64,000 nt of DNA from Candidatus Bathyarchaeia archaeon (lineage in GTDB: Archaea; Thermoproteota; Bathyarchaeia; TCS64): positions 20,094 to 84,093 of the forward strand of contig JBEKDF010000010.1 of NCBI GenBank assembly GCA_050014495.1, written 5' to 3'. The position numbers were made by a program, and so were the translations under genes. This document shows positions 60,840 through 64,000 of this stretch, piece after piece (the stretch's first letter is position 1; each line of letters starts with the position of its first letter). The notes under the pieces are model-generated. The model saw only the letters and a list, made by a program, of their open reading frames with translations, was not told where the DNA came from and did no database searches.

Positions 60840-61280
60840 TTAGATAAGCTCAAGGGTCTTCGCTGCGGTCCAATCAACGTATTCATCGCAATGGGACTCG
60901 CCTCTGGCTCGGAGGTCTTCTCCCCGCTTAAATCTCTCTTCCGGAGTGCATCCCTCACAGCCGAGAAGACTACGACAGGCGACGTGCCCCCACTTCTTAT
61001 TGAATTCCTCGATGAGTTCCTGAGTCATCTTACGTTCCCTGAGCCGCATATCGTTGAACTGCTGTTCGGCTTCGTTGCCGTTTGTACCATATTTGAGGCC
61101 GATAGTCATCGCTCCCCCCAGCAGGGCACCACATATGTCCCCCCAGCCAGCTATGCCACCACCGAGGTTGGAAGCCACTCTGAGTATATTCGTGTCGTAA
61201 CTCGTTAGGGGGTGCTTTTCGTTAATGATCATAAGGGTGCTTTCGCAGCAGTTGAACCTGTGTCCATCTTTAACGATCAT
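60840..61280 (-). CDS. C-GCAxxG-C-C family putative redox protein
   Basis: FNCCES, GGG......CGAL.GG, C..L, HC. Confidence 0.85.
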   Translation of the reverse strand: MIVKDGHRFNCCESTLMIINEKHPLTSYDTNILRVASNLGGGIAGWGDICGALLGGAMTIGLKYGTNGNEAEQQFNDMRLRERKMTQELIEEFNKKWGHVACRSLLGCEGCTPEERFKRGEDLRARGESHCDEYVDWTAAKTLELI

Positions 61281-61312
61281 ATCCCTAGAATTTGCTTTGC
61301 TTAACTAAAAGG

Positions 61313-61933
61313 TTAGGCATGCCCGAAGAGAATAATCACTAATGGAGTAATAGTGACCTCAATCACTGCGGCGAGGATTAGAAGAGGGAAGACGCGGGTG
61401 ATGAAGAAACCTAGGGCGGTTTTCGCTTCTTTGATTACACTTCCCTGACCTCTTAGACTATTTAGCATAGTGTATCCTAGACTCATTCCCATGGACATAG
61501 AGAGGAGTATTGCTGGTATCTCGATTATACCGTGCGGAGTAAGCCCGGCGATGATGTAACCAAGTCCCTGCGTGGCTCCCAGATCATATGCTACCCACCC
61601 AACAGTGAATCCGTTAAAAATCACGAAGAAGAGTGGGAGTACTCCGCCTAGAAGCCCGCCGAACATGAAGAGGAGGCTCTTCAATATGTTGTTGGCAGCG
61701 ATAAAGGCAAAAAGTTCAAGTAAGGACATACTGGATATATTTGGAAAAGTCCCGAGTAGGTCCTGCAGAGCATTATCGTTCATGTTCCCTCCAAGAGCGT
61801 AACCCATGGCTAGGCTGAAGATGAAGAGGAAGCAGCAGATGAAGAAGATGGGCTTAAGTCTTCTCGCATAGTCTGCGTACTGCCCGAAGAATGCCTTTGT
61901 GAGCCCCTTTCGCTCGGGTTGCTGGTCGGTCAA
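61313..61933 (-). CDS. SpoIIM-family membrane protein
   Basis: IAANN, FNG..VG, PHGIIEIPA, AAVIE..ITP. Confidence 0.88.
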   Translation of the reverse strand: MTDQQPERKGLTKAFFGQYADYARRLKPIFFICCFLFIFSLAMGYALGGNMNDNALQDLLGTFPNISSMSLLELFAFIAANNILKSLLFMFGGLLGGVLPLFFVIFNGFTVGWVAYDLGATQGLGYIIAGLTPHGIIEIPAILLSMSMGMSLGYTMLNSLRGQGSVIKEAKTALGFFITRVFPLLILAAVIEVTITPLVIILFGHA

Positions 61934-62169
61934 ATTTTCCGCTCTCTTTCCATCTCCCTGAGACGAGCGGCCCTGATATCTCTTTCTAAAACGGTTTTTC
62001 TGTTATCGTTTCTAGCGTTCTCGGCGGCAGCTTCGGCAATTCTCAGGGCTAGCTCCCCTACAGTGCGCCTCATCTCCTCAGCGGCTTCCTCGCTAATTCT
62101 TAGGTCGCCTTGCTTCTTGATGAGCCTTCTCATAGGAGCGAGTGTAAACTCCTCAGCCAATTTTGACAC
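61930..62169 (-). CDS. Archaeal histone-fold protein (divergent)
   Basis: LAPMRRLIK..G..RIS..A...RKTV...DI; ATGA overlap with the spoIIM-like gene. Confidence 0.88.
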   Translation of the reverse strand: MSKLAEEFTLAPMRRLIKKQGDLRISEEAAEEMRRTVGELALRIAEAAAENARNDNRKTVLERDIRAARLREMERERKI

Positions 62170-62342
62170 CTGCCTGAATAGCTGTGTATGGGTTATTGAA
62201 GATTCTGAGGGGTTGCATCTACGATACTATTCGCGCGCGAAAATGTGTCTAATCAACTTGAATGGCTGTCGTAATGGTGCGCGTAAAGTCGAATAATGTC
62301 CCTGAAACTGTTATTATCCGGGCCCCCTTCATTACCTGAGAT

Positions 62343-63020
62343 ATGCTTAATCTTCTCTTCGTCGAAGCCTCGCTGGAGCTCGTCCCACGGCGGATCGCCC
62401 ACCACCCATCCGTTACGCGGAATGCGAAGAGAGAGGGAAAAAAACCAGAACAAGTCCTCCTAGATAGGAGCCTCCACCATCACGCGATGCTGAGTCTCCC
62501 AGAGGTGGAGAAGAGGGGTAGACCCGACATAATTCACTTCTGCCTACTTGAGGCTCTCGGGTCACCACTCAACAAAGTGGGGAGGTTGAAAACCCTAGTT
62601 CACACCCTCAACGGTGACCTCCTAGATATATCCCCAGAACTGAGGCTACCGCGCGACTGCTACCGTTTCAGGAGTCTTATGGAGCAGCTCTTCATGATAG
62701 GGCGTGTTCCACCAGAAGGAGAACCCCTAATAACGTTGTCGATAAAGAGCATTGGGGAAGTAAAAAAAGAGTGTAGCCCCAGCCATACAGTGGCACTCAC
62801 GAGCCACGGTAAGAGGAGAAGGCTAAGCGAACTGTGCAAGTCATTAGTTGCTGAACCCAATCCACTCGTTTTCATCGGCGCTTATCCTCACGGGGCGATG
62901 AAAGAGGAGACCCTCACCGAAGCGGATGAGTCGATAAGTATCTACCCTGACGCTCTGGAGGCTTGGGTTGTCACATCTCGACTCATCTATGAGTATGAGA
63001 AAGCATCGGGGTTAGAGTAG
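62343..63020 (+). CDS. nep1: 16S rRNA pseudouridine methyltransferase Nep1/Emg1
   Basis: EASLELVP, LLDRSLHH, RGRPDI.H..LL, R.PR...RF..LMEQL, IGAYPHG. Confidence 0.93.
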   Translation: MLNLLFVEASLELVPRRIAHHPSVTRNAKREGKKPEQVLLDRSLHHHAMLSLPEVEKRGRPDIIHFCLLEALGSPLNKVGRLKTLVHTLNGDLLDISPELRLPRDCYRFRSLMEQLFMIGRVPPEGEPLITLSIKSIGEVKKECSPSHTVALTSHGKRRRLSELCKSLVAEPNPLVFIGAYPHGAMKEETLTEADESISIYPDALEAWVVTSRLIYEYEKASGLE

Positions 63021-63644
63021 ACGCTCCGCAAATTCGTTGAGATCATGGACAACGTCAACACCCCTCAGTTCTCCCGATCTGTCCAAGTGATACGCCTCAA
63101 CGCCGAGCTGCTTTGGTGCAGTATAGTCAAACTCTGCATGGTCACCTACATGAGCGAGTTCAGTTGGTTCAATTTCGAGTATATCGCAAACTCGTTGATA
63201 GAAGTCTGGAGCCTTTTTAACTGATCGGAAATCCGTGGGGGCGGAGAAGACCCTGCTAAAGTGATAATCAATACATTTTAACTGTACATTAAGGAATTCC
63301 CTTATGGTGTTTGATGAGACGATGAGGGGATAGTGTTTCCCTAAGCGCATCAGGACGTTGGGTACATCAGGGTAAACGTTACAGTCCCCTTTGCGTCGCT
63401 TTGGGAGGTCTCGCCAATAATGGGGGAGTCCAAAGCGCTTCCACCAATAACCTACATCATACCACTCAGGCTGCCCCTCACCTACTTCGGAGTACTCGGC
63501 GAGGACACGCTTCCGTGCCTCCTCCAGAGTGAGGCCATGGGCCTCGGCATAGAGGGCTGGGATATCACCCTCCCAGATTTGTTTGCTGTAGGCATGGTCG
63601 ATGAGAGTACCCTCCATGTCGAAACTTACTACCCGTATCGGCAT
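63012..63644 (-). CDS. HAD-family hydrolase
   Basis: SFDMEGTL, SSN, K, HVGD...D. Confidence 0.9.
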   Translation of the reverse strand: MPIRVVSFDMEGTLIDHAYSKQIWEGDIPALYAEAHGLTLEEARKRVLAEYSEVGEGQPEWYDVGYWWKRFGLPHYWRDLPKRRKGDCNVYPDVPNVLMRLGKHYPLIVSSNTIREFLNVQLKCIDYHFSRVFSAPTDFRSVKKAPDFYQRVCDILEIEPTELAHVGDHAEFDYTAPKQLGVEAYHLDRSGELRGVDVVHDLNEFAERLL

Positions 63645-63733
63645 GCTTCTAGTGATTGTGATTCCTATTGAAAAGGGCGGCGACTACTCACAACCGTTAA
63701 AATCGGTTGAGAAACTCAATATGTGGACTTCTT

Positions 63734-64000
63734 ATGGCTAAGATGATAATTACAGCAGCGGTAACTGGGGGGGAACCAGTTCATAAAGGGATGACTCCCT
63801 TCGTTCCGAGTTCCCCGGAGGAGATAGCGGATGAGACATATAGGTGCTGGGAGGCGGGAGCATCAATTGTACACCTGCATGCTAAGGATCCAATAACAGG
63901 TAAGCCTGCTGCGGATCCCAACCCCTTCTTCAAACAGTATGCTAAACTGATCCGGGATCGTTGCGACATTGTGATTAATATGACAACGGGGGGGGGGGCA
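63734..64000 (+). CDS. 3-keto-5-aminohexanoate cleavage (BKACE/DUF849) family protein; runs off window end
   Basis: Manual translation: MAKMIITAAVTGG......TPFVP.SPEEIA.E...C..AGASIVHLHAKDP...IN.TTGG. Confidence 0.88.
   Translation, partial: MAKMIITAAVTGGEPVHKGMTPFVPSSPEEIADETYRCWEAGASIVHLHAKDPITGKPAADPNPFFKQYAKLIRDRCDIVINMTTGGGA

Noticed and set aside
8587..62655. 6-7 bp CG runs inside genes (8587, 11823, 40837, 49758, 62650)
   Set aside because: Explained by Ala/Arg/Pro codons; excluded from the junction argument.

Overview
This is an archaeal chromosome segment, shown by TBP, TFB, RadA, an HMf-type histone, Nep1 and ESCRT-III/Vps4 (Cdv) genes. The gene content suggests a TACK archaeon, probably Bathyarchaeia (inference). 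Most of the window is dense metabolic and housekeeping genes: a UxaA/DapA/LarA/enolase-superfamily cluster with a 2-oxoacid:ferredoxin oxidoreductase, gpmI, pyrG, mtnP, adenosine deaminase, cdv genes, hypD, DsrEFH-like genes, radA, tfb, ppdK, an nrdD-like/nrdG pair, histone and nep1. Six things stand out. (1) About 8 kb of stacked, integrase-less modules sit at the 3' end of tRNA-Arg(CCT), delimited by three decayed copies of the tRNA 3' end; they carry a TBP, a CoA transferase and a molybdopterin enzyme. (2) (CG)n alternating tracts recur at module junctions and at points where att sites and one gene are cut off. (3) A class III RNR (NrdD) homologue has lost its catalytic motifs but is coupled to an intact radical-SAM activase. 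(4) An ESCRT-III/Vps4 operon has no cdvA but is flanked by two small membrane proteins. (5) A histone lacks the tetramerisation residues. (6) Third-codon-position composition switches sharply inside cdvC. All calls come from motif recognition by eye; no database searches were run.
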